Shown: positions 39,053-47,942 of the stretch, piece after piece
How positions within the stretch are numbered: position 1 is the first letter of the stretch
How the letters are laid out: the number at the start of each line of letters is the position of its first letter
Assembly (NCBI GenBank): GCA_026414165.1
Contig: JAOAJN010000007.1
Span: 7,391-71,390 of the forward strand
Length of the DNA: 64,000 nucleotides
Reading direction: 5' to 3'
Origin: Candidatus Methanomethylicaceae archaeon
Lineage (GTDB): Archaea; Thermoproteota; Methanomethylicia; Methanomethylicales; Methanomethylicaceae
The notes under the pieces: generated by a model
Told to the model about the DNA's origin: nothing
The model's database searches: none
The model's input: the letters and a program-made list of their open reading frames with translations, nothing else
Made by a program: the position numbers and the translations under genes

Positions 39053-39337
39053 TCACCTTGCAACTTTTTTCAGACTTTCGAGAAACTTCCTTCCGTAATC
39101 TAAGTATATTCCTTCGTATCCAGGTTTGACTTCAATTGCCATACTGCGGTCCTTACCATCGCCTACATGAATTATCAGGTGAATTGTCCTGCCCATCACT
39201 TTTTTGTGCAGGTGAATAACTTTCTTTGATGGATCTTCAAAGGCAATTTGATAATTTTCGGAGGATGCGACTTCTTTTATTTTTTCGAAGAGGGCAGAAC
39301 CATTAATGTAGAACCTTGCAAAGATAGGGGGCGCCAT
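39053..39337 (-). CDS. small soluble hypothetical protein immediately upstream of the Mrp module
   Basis: 94 aa from the internal ATG at 39337 (MAPPIFARFYINGSALFEKIKEV...). Its stop lies 6 nt before the MrpE-like start. I recognise no family. Confidence 0.45.
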   Translation of the reverse strand: MAPPIFARFYINGSALFEKIKEVASSENYQIAFEDPSKKVIHLHKKVMGRTIHLIIHVGDGKDRSMAIEVKPGYEGIYLDYGRKFLESLKKVAR

Positions 39338-39439
39338 TTTTGCACGTCCCTGTGATAACCAAGTTTTATAGCAGAACGTATTAATAATTTTTTGCATAAC
39401 CAATGCAATGATGATCGAGAGGGGATACAAACGAGGATT

Positions 39440-40717
39440 GTGGCAGATCTGCACATCCACAGCCCATATAGCAGGGCAACAAGTAAGGACATGACGTTGA
39501 AAAACTTGGACAGGGGCGCCTCCATAAAGGGAATAAAAATTCTTGGAACTGGAGACTTCACCCATCCCAAGTGGAGGGAGGCGCTAAAAAACCTGAGAGA
39601 AGAGGATGGGCTATACAGAATCGAGGATAGTAATACAAGATTTATAGTGACGGGTGAAGTCTGCACAAACTTTAAATTTGGCGGAAAGACGCGAAGGATC
39701 CATCATCTGATATTGTTACCCTCGCTTGAGGTCGCTGAGCAGATCTGCGAGAGACTTTCGAGGTATGGAGACTTGGAAGCGGATGGTAGACCCAATCTAT
39801 CTATGACGGGGGCGCAGTTGGTCGAGGAGATTGTAGAATTTGGAGAAGAGTGCCTCGTAATACCAGCACATATCTGGACGCCTTGGTTCTCCCTCTTTGG
39901 AGATAGGGGAGGGGTAGACAGGATCGAGGAGTGCTACGAGGATCAGACGCCACATATTTATGCGTTAGAGACAGGGCTGTCTTCAGATCCGCCCATGAAC
40001 TGGAGGGTGAGCGCGCTTGACTCCTTCACTCTAGTGTCTAATAGTGACAGCCACAGCCCCAGTCCTTGGAGGTTAGGTCGTGAGGCAAACATAATAGAGG
40101 TGCAAAAGCTCAGTTATTCATATGTCGTAAGGGCCATAATGGAGGGAAAAGATAGGATAACCACCATAGAAGTGGATCCAGCTTATGGCAAGTATCACTG
40201 GACAGGTCATAGAATTTGCAATATTGCACTACCTCCCTATGAGGCTATCAAGTTGAAGGGCATATGTCCTGTATGCGGGAAAAAAATGACAAAGGGTGTC
40301 GCGGAGAGGGTCGAAGAGCTTGCCGACAGACCCGAAGGGGAGGGGCCGAAGAAGAAGCAGAATTTTTTGAGGGTTCTGCCCCTCAGCGATATAATAGCCA
40401 CTTATTTGGGTAAAGATCCATTCTCTGCAGAAGTTCAAAGGGTTTACTGGGATATCTTAAAGAAATTCAGTAATGAGTTGCAAGTTCTATTAGAGACGCC
40501 AATAGAGGAGCTTGAAAAAGTCTGTGGAATAGATCTGGCGAAATTGTTAATCATGAATAGAGAAAATCGTATTAACATCATACCAGGCTATGATGGAGTT
40601 TACGGAAAGATCGAAATTAATGGTGATATGGAAAGAGTGAGTTTTTTAAGGAGGCCAAAGAACCTAGAAGATTATATCAATAATCGGAAGGTGGATATTG
40701 ATGGGCAAGGCTCCTGA
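39440..40717 (+). CDS. PHP-domain endonuclease Q (EndoQ)-like protein
   Basis: [20 protein letters not shown]...[15 protein letters not shown] and zinc finger [13 protein letters not shown] prefer the GTG at 39440, which follows GAGG and gives ~425 aa. The ORF track starts at the TTG at 39392. Confidence 0.7.
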   Translation: MADLHIHSPYSRATSKDMTLKNLDRGASIKGIKILGTGDFTHPKWREALKNLREEDGLYRIEDSNTRFIVTGEVCTNFKFGGKTRRIHHLILLPSLEVAEQICERLSRYGDLEADGRPNLSMTGAQLVEEIVEFGEECLVIPAHIWTPWFSLFGDRGGVDRIEECYEDQTPHIYALETGLSSDPPMNWRVSALDSFTLVSNSDSHSPSPWRLGREANIIEVQKLSYSYVVRAIMEGKDRITTIEVDPAYGKYHWTGHRICNIALPPYEAIKLKGICPVCGKKMTKGVAERVEELADRPEGEGPKKKQNFLRVLPLSDIIATYLGKDPFSAEVQRVYWDILKKFSNELQVLLETPIEELEKVCGIDLAKLLIMNRENRINIIPGYDGVYGKIEINGDMERVSFLRRPKNLEDYINNRKVDIDGQGS

Positions 40718-42146
40718 TAGGTCTCAGTGGGCAGGAAATTTTGGAGAATGGTTTCATAAGGTGATCTCAGAAGTTCCAATTTACGATATCAGATATCCTG
40801 TTAAGGGCACAGGGGTTTGGACGCCCTACGGATTCAAGATAAGGAAGGAGGTCACTGATGTAATTAGGGAGGAGCTATTGAAAACAGGTCATGAAGAAGT
40901 CCTATTCCCTCTGCTGATACCGGAATATATGCTGAAGAAGGAGGCGGAACATATTAGGAATTTTGAGGAGCAAGTATTCTGGGTGACGCACGGCGGCACA
41001 ACACCTCTCGACATAAAGCTTGCATTGAGGCCGACAAGCGAGACCGCCATATATCCTATGTTCCAGCTTTGGATAAACGCATATTCAGATCTCCCTGTCA
41101 AGATCTTTCAGATAGTTAGCGTCTTCAGATATGAGACTAAAGCCACAAAGCCCATGATAAGGGTTAGAGAGGTAAGCACATTCAAAGAGGCACATACTGC
41201 GCATGCAACGAGGGAGGAGGCCGAGGGGCAGGTAAAGGAAGGTGTAGAAATTTACAGCAGAATATTCGAAAGATTGGGGATACCTTTTGTCAAGTCGGTT
41301 AGACCTGACTGGGATAAATTTCCAGGCGCTGAATACTCAGTAGCCTTTGATACAGTAATGCCCGACGGAAAGGTCCTACAGATTGGAACTGTTCATTTCT
41401 TGGGGCAGGGATTTTCAAAGGCCTTTGATATAAAGTACATGAAGGCGGACGGCGGGTACGAGAATGTCTGGCAGACTTGTTACGGAATCTCGGAGAGGGT
41501 CATAGCTGCCCTCATTTCTGTGCATGGAGACGACCATGGACTCGTTTTGCCGAGCCGAGTTGCGCCTGTTCAAATCGTAGTAATTCCTATTGTTTATAAA
41601 GGGAGAGAGGATGAGATATTAAAGGCCTGTATGGGGGTTACAGAGGAACTCGAGAAAGTAGGGCTCAGGGTCAAATTGGATGATAGGAAAGAGGAGACTC
41701 CTGGCAGCAAATATTTCACTTGGGAACTAAAGGGCGTGCCAGTCAGGGTTGAGTTTGGGCCCAGAGACCTAGATAAAGGGACTGTAGTCCTCGTAAGGAG
41801 GGATTCTCTCGAGAAATTTACGATTGAGAGAGCCAATTTGGTGGAGGAAGTAAAATCACTCCTCGAGAGAATCGATTTGGATCTAAAGGAAAGGGCGAAG
41901 AAATGGCTGGACGAGCGGATCTTAAAGATAGAGATTCTTGAAGATGCAAAAAAAGTACTGGAGAGTAAAGGCGGGATCGTCGAGATGAACTGGTGCGGTA
42001 ATGTTGGGTGTGGACAAGATCTTGAGGCGAAATTGGATGCAAGGGTACTTGGAACACCATACGAAGATTCTAGAAAACCCGAGGGCTCATGTATAAACTG
42101 CGGTTCCAAAGCCAATATGATTATCAGAGTGGCAAGGTCATACTAG
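40698..42146 (+). CDS. proS: prolyl-tRNA synthetase, archaeal/eukaryotic type
   Basis: [38 protein letters not shown], a C-terminal Zn-binding part and a terminal ...ARSY. Confidence 0.9.
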   Translation: MMGKAPDRSQWAGNFGEWFHKVISEVPIYDIRYPVKGTGVWTPYGFKIRKEVTDVIREELLKTGHEEVLFPLLIPEYMLKKEAEHIRNFEEQVFWVTHGGTTPLDIKLALRPTSETAIYPMFQLWINAYSDLPVKIFQIVSVFRYETKATKPMIRVREVSTFKEAHTAHATREEAEGQVKEGVEIYSRIFERLGIPFVKSVRPDWDKFPGAEYSVAFDTVMPDGKVLQIGTVHFLGQGFSKAFDIKYMKADGGYENVWQTCYGISERVIAALISVHGDDHGLVLPSRVAPVQIVVIPIVYKGREDEILKACMGVTEELEKVGLRVKLDDRKEETPGSKYFTWELKGVPVRVEFGPRDLDKGTVVLVRRDSLEKFTIERANLVEEVKSLLERIDLDLKERAKKWLDERILKIEILEDAKKVLESKGGIVEMNWCGNVGCGQDLEAKLDARVLGTPYEDSRKPEGSCINCGSKANMIIRVARSY

Positions 42147-42443
42147 TAAATTAAGGGCTTCTTTCCCGCTAATGCCTGGCTTGATGCCCAACTCCTTAGC
42201 TTTTTTTGTAGAATACACCACAGGCTTTTCCAAGATCTCTTCGAAAGTCTTTACACCACTTACAATCGCAGCCGCCAGACCTACCCTTTCGGCGACCTCA
42301 GGATTTAAATATCCGCAGAAGATAACGCCCTTTCTCCCTCTTATGAGAATAAGGGGAGGGGCCTCCGGAACGGATATTTTTATACCAATTGCATTTGTAT
42401 TTTCCATTTGAGAGATCTCTATCATGAGATCTTTTTCCTCCAA
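42138..42443 (-). CDS. DUF1805 (YunC-like) protein
   Basis: [42 protein letters not shown]; 101 aa. Family name from memory. Confidence 0.6.
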   Translation of the reverse strand: MEEKDLMIEISQMENTNAIGIKISVPEAPPLILIRGRKGVIFCGYLNPEVAERVGLAAAIVSGVKTFEEILEKPVVYSTKKAKELGIKPGISGKEALNLLV

Positions 42444-42514
42444 CGGGTTTTTAAGAGTTAACCCAGAAGCGCATTTTCCAGAATTTGATAGAAAAACAAA
42501 AAAGCTTAAGATAG

Positions 42515-42892
42515 TTAGCTTGACCGGTCGGCAAAGTGTTTTATGATGTTCTTCGGATTAAGTTTAGAAGCGATATAATCAAAGGCAAGTTCAGGATCGC
42601 TTTTTGCGCCACAGGTAAAGACGTCAACGGTCGCATAGTTGAGTTCGCTCCAAGTGTGTATCGCTATATGGCTCTCCAAAACGAGAGCCATAACAGAGAC
42701 CCCTCCCTTTTCGCCTCCGAATTTCCAGGTTTTTGTGTCCCAGATTGTCATTTTTGCGATTTTCGCGGCTTCTATAACAATACTCTTCAGAAACGATTCA
42801 TCGTTTACGATCTTCGGGTCGCAACCATAGAGGTTTCCGTATACATGCTTACCAACGATTTGCTTTTCTTTATCGATACAAGCAGTGATCAC
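42515..42892 (-). CDS. speH: pyruvoyl-dependent S-adenosylmethionine decarboxylase proenzyme (SpeH-type; could be the arginine decarboxylase paralogue)
   Basis: GKHVYGNLYGCD and the self-cleavage site LESHIAIHTWSE; 125 aa. GTG start preceded by GAGGAGG. Confidence 0.85.
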   Translation of the reverse strand: MITACIDKEKQIVGKHVYGNLYGCDPKIVNDESFLKSIVIEAAKIAKMTIWDTKTWKFGGEKGGVSVMALVLESHIAIHTWSELNYATVDVFTCGAKSDPELAFDYIASKLNPKNIIKHFADRSS

Positions 42893-42955
42893 TTTTGTTT
42901 CGAGATCCTCCTCGCATATTGGAAAGTTCTACATTTTTGCAGAGAAATGTAAGTT

Positions 42956-42963
42956 GTATTTAA
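42956..42963 (-). promoter_or_regulatory. putative TATA box (TTTAAATA) for speH
   Basis: The minus strand reads ggttaacTTTAAATAcaactt. It lies about 65 nt upstream of the GTG, leaving a ~40-nt leader that carries GAGGAGG. Confidence 0.35.
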
Positions 42964-43165
42964 AGTTAACCATTTCCTTGAGCCCATGACTCTAGTAAAA
43001 AGAATGCTAGTTTTTAATGGTTTAAATTCTATTGTGATAGCAAGTTCACTCTATCAAAGACTAGCATGCGAATTTTTCAAAATTAGATCTTCGGGAGATG
43101 GTTTCATCTGCCCGAAAACTTCCTAGCTATCAGGCTAAAGGTGTAAAAACGGCTGGTAAAACAGT

Positions 43166-43324
43166 TTATGCTCTACTTGTTTCTGAAGGGGCGTACAGGA
43201 CTCGCTTAATATAGTTTTTCTTATTTCTGTGAAGCGGTCTGAGACCCTTACGTTCTTTAGCTGGGATTTTTGGAGTCTGAGACCTTACTTTTCCTGCCTT
43301 TGTAAGAGAGCCGTGCGATGGCAT
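43166..43324 (-). CDS. rps30e: 30S ribosomal protein eS30
   Basis: Hand-translated; it is below the ORF-track size cutoff. [52 protein letters not shown] (52 aa). The [19 protein letters not shown] start is the eS30 signature. T-tracts follow the stop. Confidence 0.85.
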   Translation of the reverse strand: MPSHGSLTKAGKVRSQTPKIPAKERKGLRPLHRNKKNYIKRVLYAPSETSRA

Positions 43325-43382
43325 ATAATCACATCCAAACTAATGAATGAGGCGTGAGATAAAAAGTTTGCTACGCCATGAC

Positions 43383-44555
43383 CTAAGCCTCTTTAATGAC
43401 CTCCATTATTATATCCAATGGAGCGTCAGTTTTGAATGCTTTGGGGTTGAAGTGTGTAGGAGAAGCAACGTGTCCCCTCTCCTTGAGCCTCTGGATAATT
43501 AACGATACCGGAGGAGGGCCACGCTTTAATTTGCTCGAAAGCAAGTCTGCAGAGTAGTAGGCAGGAGGCATTCCGGACTCTTCAATCAGTAGACGGAGCA
43601 TTTTTTCGATCCGTCTTTTAGTATTCAGCGAGGAGAGGTCTTGTTCCATCATGGATTGTAGAAAGCGCCTGTCTACCAGCGAACCACACCAAAGCGGTCC
43701 AGCTCTTTTAAGAGGTTTTTGACATAAGGGGCAAGATGCGATGATTTTGCCGCTTAGGGGCACTGTATCCCTCCAGCTGCAATTTTGGCAGTAAAGCAAA
43801 TATCCCAACAAGGATGCTGAGGCGTCCGCTTTTTTGGCACCAAGAAACAGCTGAAGGTATGCACGGAAGTAATGGTCTACACTGTAGGATAGTAAGACCA
43901 TCACTCCGAAGTCCTCTCTTATTGAGGCGAAGACCGCAGACCCGATCAATATCCTGAGACCGACCTCGTGACAGAATTCGCATCTCAGCGGGAAAGCACC
44001 ATACTTCCGGAGACATGGCTTCACGTATACACCACATAGAGGAGCAGTATCCGTGGCGGTTAGAGCTATGATACCTTTATTCTTTATGGCTCTAATTGCA
44101 GAGTCGATAAACGGGACGGGGGTTCCGAAAGGGTCAAGATCTATGAAATCGAACCGCTTCCCAGGCTCGGAGTGAGTAGCCAGGAGCAGGTTGGCGTCTT
44201 TATGCTCAACCTCGACCTTTCCCCCTAAATCGTTGATTTTTACATTTTCCAATATGATCGGAATAGCCTCCTTGTTCAAGTCGCCGACTACACTCTTTTC
44301 AACACCGTCGACCTCTTTTGCATACCTTATGCCCCTAACACCAACACCTGCCAAGGGGTCACAAACAGCCACATCCCGATTGATTTCGTTTATGTATGAC
44401 TTTAGTGCCAAAACAGCCAAATCTCTGCTGAATTCCATCTTAGGATTGTAGAAGACCTGAGCCCTCGAGGGGTCGTACGCACCTTTTCTAGCATACTCGG
44501 CAAAGTCAGGTACTAGAAGCAAAGTCCGACCCTCTTTTATTTCAACAAGCCTCAA
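43383..44555 (-). CDS. trm1: tRNA (guanine26-N2)-dimethyltransferase Trm1
   Basis: VFYNPKMEFSRDLAVLAL, DPLAGVGVRGIRYA, IDLDPFGTP, and a C-terminal Cys-rich part. Confidence 0.9.
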   Translation of the reverse strand: MRLVEIKEGRTLLLVPDFAEYARKGAYDPSRAQVFYNPKMEFSRDLAVLALKSYINEINRDVAVCDPLAGVGVRGIRYAKEVDGVEKSVVGDLNKEAIPIILENVKINDLGGKVEVEHKDANLLLATHSEPGKRFDFIDLDPFGTPVPFIDSAIRAIKNKGIIALTATDTAPLCGVYVKPCLRKYGAFPLRCEFCHEVGLRILIGSAVFASIREDFGVMVLLSYSVDHYFRAYLQLFLGAKKADASASLLGYLLYCQNCSWRDTVPLSGKIIASCPLCQKPLKRAGPLWCGSLVDRRFLQSMMEQDLSSLNTKRRIEKMLRLLIEESGMPPAYYSADLLSSKLKRGPPPVSLIIQRLKERGHVASPTHFNPKAFKTDAPLDIIMEVIKEA

Positions 44556-45076
44556 ATCGATCCCCTCAAGAGACGCTTTGCGATTTCGCCAGGAATTAGA
44601 TTTCTATTATGTTCTGTAATCTCGAAGACGCGTATATTATGAAAATTTGATGTAATGTTGCGAACCATACCAATGTGAACTACGGCTATGATTTTTTTGT
44701 CACTTAATAATGCCTTTGTTACAATGTTGCGAAATGCGCTACTCTTCATCTCCATCGGACCGATCTCGTCTATGGCGGTGAGATCGGCTTCCTCCAAAGA
44801 TCGGTTTATCGCATTCACCGAGATCCGGTCCAAGTCAGCCATATTCACATAGTATCGACCGACAATAGGTCCGTTTGATGGGTTTGTGGATGCCAAAGTC
44901 CCCCGCTCCCCAGTAAGGAGATCAACGATCTCGAAAGCCACCCTTCTGCCACCAGTTCTGACTTCTGGGCAAATGATGCCGCCCACTCGCCATCCATTCG
45001 CTTCTAGGACTTTAATGACTTCTTTGAGGACGGTAGATTTGCCTATGCCCGGACGTCCTGTTATGATTGTCTTCAA
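44552..45076 (-). CDS. nucleoside-triphosphatase, THEP1 family
   Basis: MKTIITGRPGIGKSTV Walker A and DEIGPMEMKS; 174 aa. Has a 4-nt overlap with trm1. Confidence 0.75.
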   Translation of the reverse strand: MKTIITGRPGIGKSTVLKEVIKVLEANGWRVGGIICPEVRTGGRRVAFEIVDLLTGERGTLASTNPSNGPIVGRYYVNMADLDRISVNAINRSLEEADLTAIDEIGPMEMKSSAFRNIVTKALLSDKKIIAVVHIGMVRNITSNFHNIRVFEITEHNRNLIPGEIAKRLLRGSI

Positions 45077-45168
45077 AATGATCAGGATTTTATAGAGTGT
45101 GCATTGGTTTAAAAAATTTCTATGTTGAGTTATGGAGTTTTGAAATCCTTGAAATATAATTTTTAAAA

Positions 45169-45837
45169 GTGGCGAGACAATTTAAATCGTCGGTGGTTAA
45201 TACGAAGCTCGTTGTAGGGATCGACGAGGCAGGCAGAGGGCCAGTTATAGGACCAATGGTTATCGCAGGCGTACTAATTGAAGATAACAGGGCACATGTA
45301 CTCAATGATTTAGGGGTCAGAGATTCAAAAAAATTGTCTCCTAAGCGCAGGGAGAAACTTTACTCAGAGATTCTGAGAGAAGTCAAGTCATATCATGTGG
45401 AAGTTATAGACGCAAAATTCATAGATTTGGAGAGGGGCAGAAAGAACCTAAATGCAATCGAATTAGAGGGCATGGTCAAAATAATTTCTAAGCTGAGACC
45501 GGATCTGGTACAAGTCGGAAGCATAGAACTCAAGACTGATAGGTTCAGAGAGAAGCTCTTGCGAAGAGTCGAAGTCCCTGAAATCGTCTCAGTTCACCAC
45601 GCAGAAGATCTATTTCCCGCAGTTGCAGCGGCATCCATTATAGCAAAGGTCACAAGGGACAGGATAGTCGCCGAGCTTAGAGAAATTTACGGGGACTTTG
45701 GGTCTGGATACCCGTCAGATCCAAAGACTGTAGAGTTCCTTAGGCACGTAATAAGTAGAGGAGAGTTGCCAGAATTTGTTAGAAAGAGTTGGGGCACAGT
45801 TCAGAGAATCCTCAGACTCAGTTCGTGTAGCACCTAG
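45169..45837 (+). CDS. rnhB: ribonuclease HII
   Basis: VVGIDEAGRGPVIGPMVIAGV and DSKKLS. The true start may be the GTG at 45193. Confidence 0.9.
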   Translation: MARQFKSSVVNTKLVVGIDEAGRGPVIGPMVIAGVLIEDNRAHVLNDLGVRDSKKLSPKRREKLYSEILREVKSYHVEVIDAKFIDLERGRKNLNAIELEGMVKIISKLRPDLVQVGSIELKTDRFREKLLRRVEVPEIVSVHHAEDLFPAVAAASIIAKVTRDRIVAELREIYGDFGSGYPSDPKTVEFLRHVISRGELPEFVRKSWGTVQRILRLSSCST

Positions 45838-46774
45838 TCAGGTCAATATTGAGTATTCGCCCAAGGTCCTTTATGGTCTCAGCCTTCCGTATTTCATCTA
45901 TTGGGATTGAGACTATGTCAAGTTTACTTCCGCCATACGATCCTGTAATTAGCACAGGATTGACTCCGAGCAATTTGCCGATCTTCGTGGCGTTTTCCAC
46001 CTTTCGGTCTAGAGTGTCCTTATTCAAGTTCTCCTCGTCTGTCAAGAAGCTGACCCCGATGTTTCTTGCATGTACGTCTATTGGCGCATAGCTGAAGCCT
46101 ATCGCCCTGCAGCCTATCTTTTTAAGCTTGTAATGGAGCTGCTTTGCCACTGTGCCAGCGGGGCTCTTGTCGGGCAGTTCTTTCTTATAGGACCATTTGA
46201 AGATATCAATCTCCATAGTTATGCCTGCATTCAAAACCTCTTCCATCTTCAAGACGGTATTCAGGGTCGCACCCATCTGTGAGTTTTCGTATTCGTAGAC
46301 GGCCTTTCTGCTGACGCCTATCTTTGCTGCAAATTCGCCTAGAGACATTCCTCTCTCCATTCTCAGCTTCCTTAGAGCTGCGCCGTCGATCTTGAAGTAT
46401 AGCCCTCCCCGCCTTGAAAATGCGACTGGAAATCTGCGATATAGTACAGCCTCCTTGAACGTGTTAAGGTTGACTACATTTACATTGAACCGCTCGTAAA
46501 GGGTGCCGTCTTCAATCTTTCCACACTGGGCGCTGCTACCTATAATAAGTGGGGAGGCTAAAAAAGTCGTTGCTAGTGAACTCAAGTCTTCTGTTGTCTC
46601 CCTCTTCTCGTTGTCAACGTTAACTGTTGTCTTTATCAACAGCTTGGTGTCGCCTCTTTTGGCTACTATCTGCAAACAATAATCAGAGTCCACTTCGTAA
46701 AGAGCGAAACCTGCACTGTGTAATATTCTCAAGATCTCCACAAGTGTGTCCCTAGAGACTTTCCTCATTTCCAT
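45818..46774 (-). CDS. archaeal putative HTH-type transcriptional regulator (COG1395-like, central XRE HTH)
   Basis: LRKLRMERGMSLGEFAAKIGVSRKAVYEYENSQ in the middle of a ~318-aa protein. Confidence 0.7.
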   Translation of the reverse strand: MEMRKVSRDTLVEILRILHSAGFALYEVDSDYCLQIVAKRGDTKLLIKTTVNVDNEKRETTEDLSSLATTFLASPLIIGSSAQCGKIEDGTLYERFNVNVVNLNTFKEAVLYRRFPVAFSRRGGLYFKIDGAALRKLRMERGMSLGEFAAKIGVSRKAVYEYENSQMGATLNTVLKMEEVLNAGITMEIDIFKWSYKKELPDKSPAGTVAKQLHYKLKKIGCRAIGFSYAPIDVHARNIGVSFLTDEENLNKDTLDRKVENATKIGKLLGVNPVLITGSYGGSKLDIVSIPIDEIRKAETIKDLGRILNIDLTRCYTN

Positions 46775-46821
46775 TCGAATAAAAAGAAGTGCAAAGAGAG
46801 ATATAAATCAATCCCATTAAG

Positions 46822-47253
46822 TTATGGAATAAGTTCTTCGGAGGAGAACTGGAACCCGAAGACTATCAAGGACGGAATCCTTTTTGAAAGTTCGAGTATA
46901 TCGGGCAGGTAGATGTAGCGGTTGTTTCGAGGCTTCTTAAGTATCGAGTTTATAAGCTCCTTCTCGTATTCGTTACCTTGAATTTCGTAAACCCCTTTCT
47001 TACCACCCCACTCCTTAATTATCATTATTGGAAGCGATATTGAAGCGTGTCTGTCCTTTGGAACGAGGGATGCCACATCCTCTAGCTCCGCTTTGTTAAA
47101 GGTAACTCTCTCACCGATCACAGTTGTGTAGCAGGGCGCGCTCTCCTCAAGAAGAGAAGAGAGGGGCTTACGTACTTTCGGTAAGCTCTCGTTCAGTCTT
47201 TTGAGTTCGACTTCCCACAGGATCTTGGCGAGGCGATCCTCATCTTCCATCAT
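46822..47253 (-). CDS. UPF0216/DUF61-like protein
   Basis: 143 aa with LNESLPKVRKPLSSLLEE..PCYTTVIGERVTFNKAELEDVA...ISLPIMI. Family from memory. Confidence 0.5.
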   Translation of the reverse strand: MMEDEDRLAKILWEVELKRLNESLPKVRKPLSSLLEESAPCYTTVIGERVTFNKAELEDVASLVPKDRHASISLPIMIIKEWGGKKGVYEIQGNEYEKELINSILKKPRNNRYIYLPDILELSKRIPSLIVFGFQFSSEELIP

Positions 47254-47255
47254 TA

Positions 47256-47942
47256 TTAGAGAAATTCCCCCAGAACCATCGCATGATCTTTGTCGAATGG
47301 GTCCAGCCTCTTCACATCTAAGACTTTTATGCCTCTATCCTCCATAACTTTGATCTCCTTTTTGAAGACTTCGGCAGGATCCTTGGTGACGTCCACACTC
47401 CTCGCCTTTATAGCGATCATGATCTTCCCTTTTTTCCGTAGGTAGAGTTCGGCGTTGTCTGCCAGGATCTTTGCTTGCTCTGGCTGAGCGACATCGCAGT
47501 AAATGGTGTCCACCATCTCGACAAAAGCTCTGTAGGATGCAGGAATTCTCGCGTCGGCAAGTATGGGTATCATATTTGAGCGAAGGGCAGTTACTTCGAG
47601 TAGCTCCCTCATCACGCGGGGGGCAAATTCCACGCAGAAGACCTTTCCCTTCTCTCCCACAATGTCAGATACGTGGCTTGGAGTAGTACCACTTGCAGCG
47701 CCAAGGTATAGAACGTAAGTCCCCTCATTGATAGGTACTTCTTTTATGCATTTTTCTATGGAGGCAGCAAGCTTACTTCTGAAGAGATCCCAGATCCTAT
47801 ACTCCTTCTTTTCAAACTGGTATAGTTGCTCACCATAAACCTTTGTTCCAGGGACTAAGTTTTCGGTCGCTAACTTCTTGCCCTCTAGATCTTCTACTAT
47901 GTACACGCCCTGGAAATTAGGATGCTTCTTAACTGTGACCAT
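47256..47942 (-). CDS. flpA: fibrillarin-like rRNA/tRNA 2'-O-methyltransferase
   Basis: VYGEQLYQFEKKEYRIWDLFRSKLAASI, VLYLGAASGTTPSHVSDIV, YCDVAQPEQA. I prefer the ATG at 47942 because it overlaps the nop5 stop (TAATG). Confidence 0.9.
   Translation of the reverse strand: MVTVKKHPNFQGVYIVEDLEGKKLATENLVPGTKVYGEQLYQFEKKEYRIWDLFRSKLAASIEKCIKEVPINEGTYVLYLGAASGTTPSHVSDIVGEKGKVFCVEFAPRVMRELLEVTALRSNMIPILADARIPASYRAFVEMVDTIYCDVAQPEQAKILADNAELYLRKKGKIMIAIKARSVDVTKDPAEVFKKEIKVMEDRGIKVLDVKRLDPFDKDHAMVLGEFL

Noticed and set aside
42889-42987. 32-codon upstream ORF (MGSRKWLTLNTTYISLQKCRTFQYARRISKQK) whose TGA overlaps the speH GTG (GTGA)
   Set aside because: The best TATA box for speH (TTTAAATA, 42956-42963) lies inside this uORF. 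The likely transcript therefore starts downstream of its ATG. The peptide has no recognisable features.
43236-43285. Two copies of the near-palindromic GTCTGAGACC(C)TTAC about 38 nt apart, considered as a regulator-binding site pair
   Set aside because: Both copies fall inside the eS30 coding sequence (codons for RSQTP and GLRP). They are more simply explained as coding sequence.
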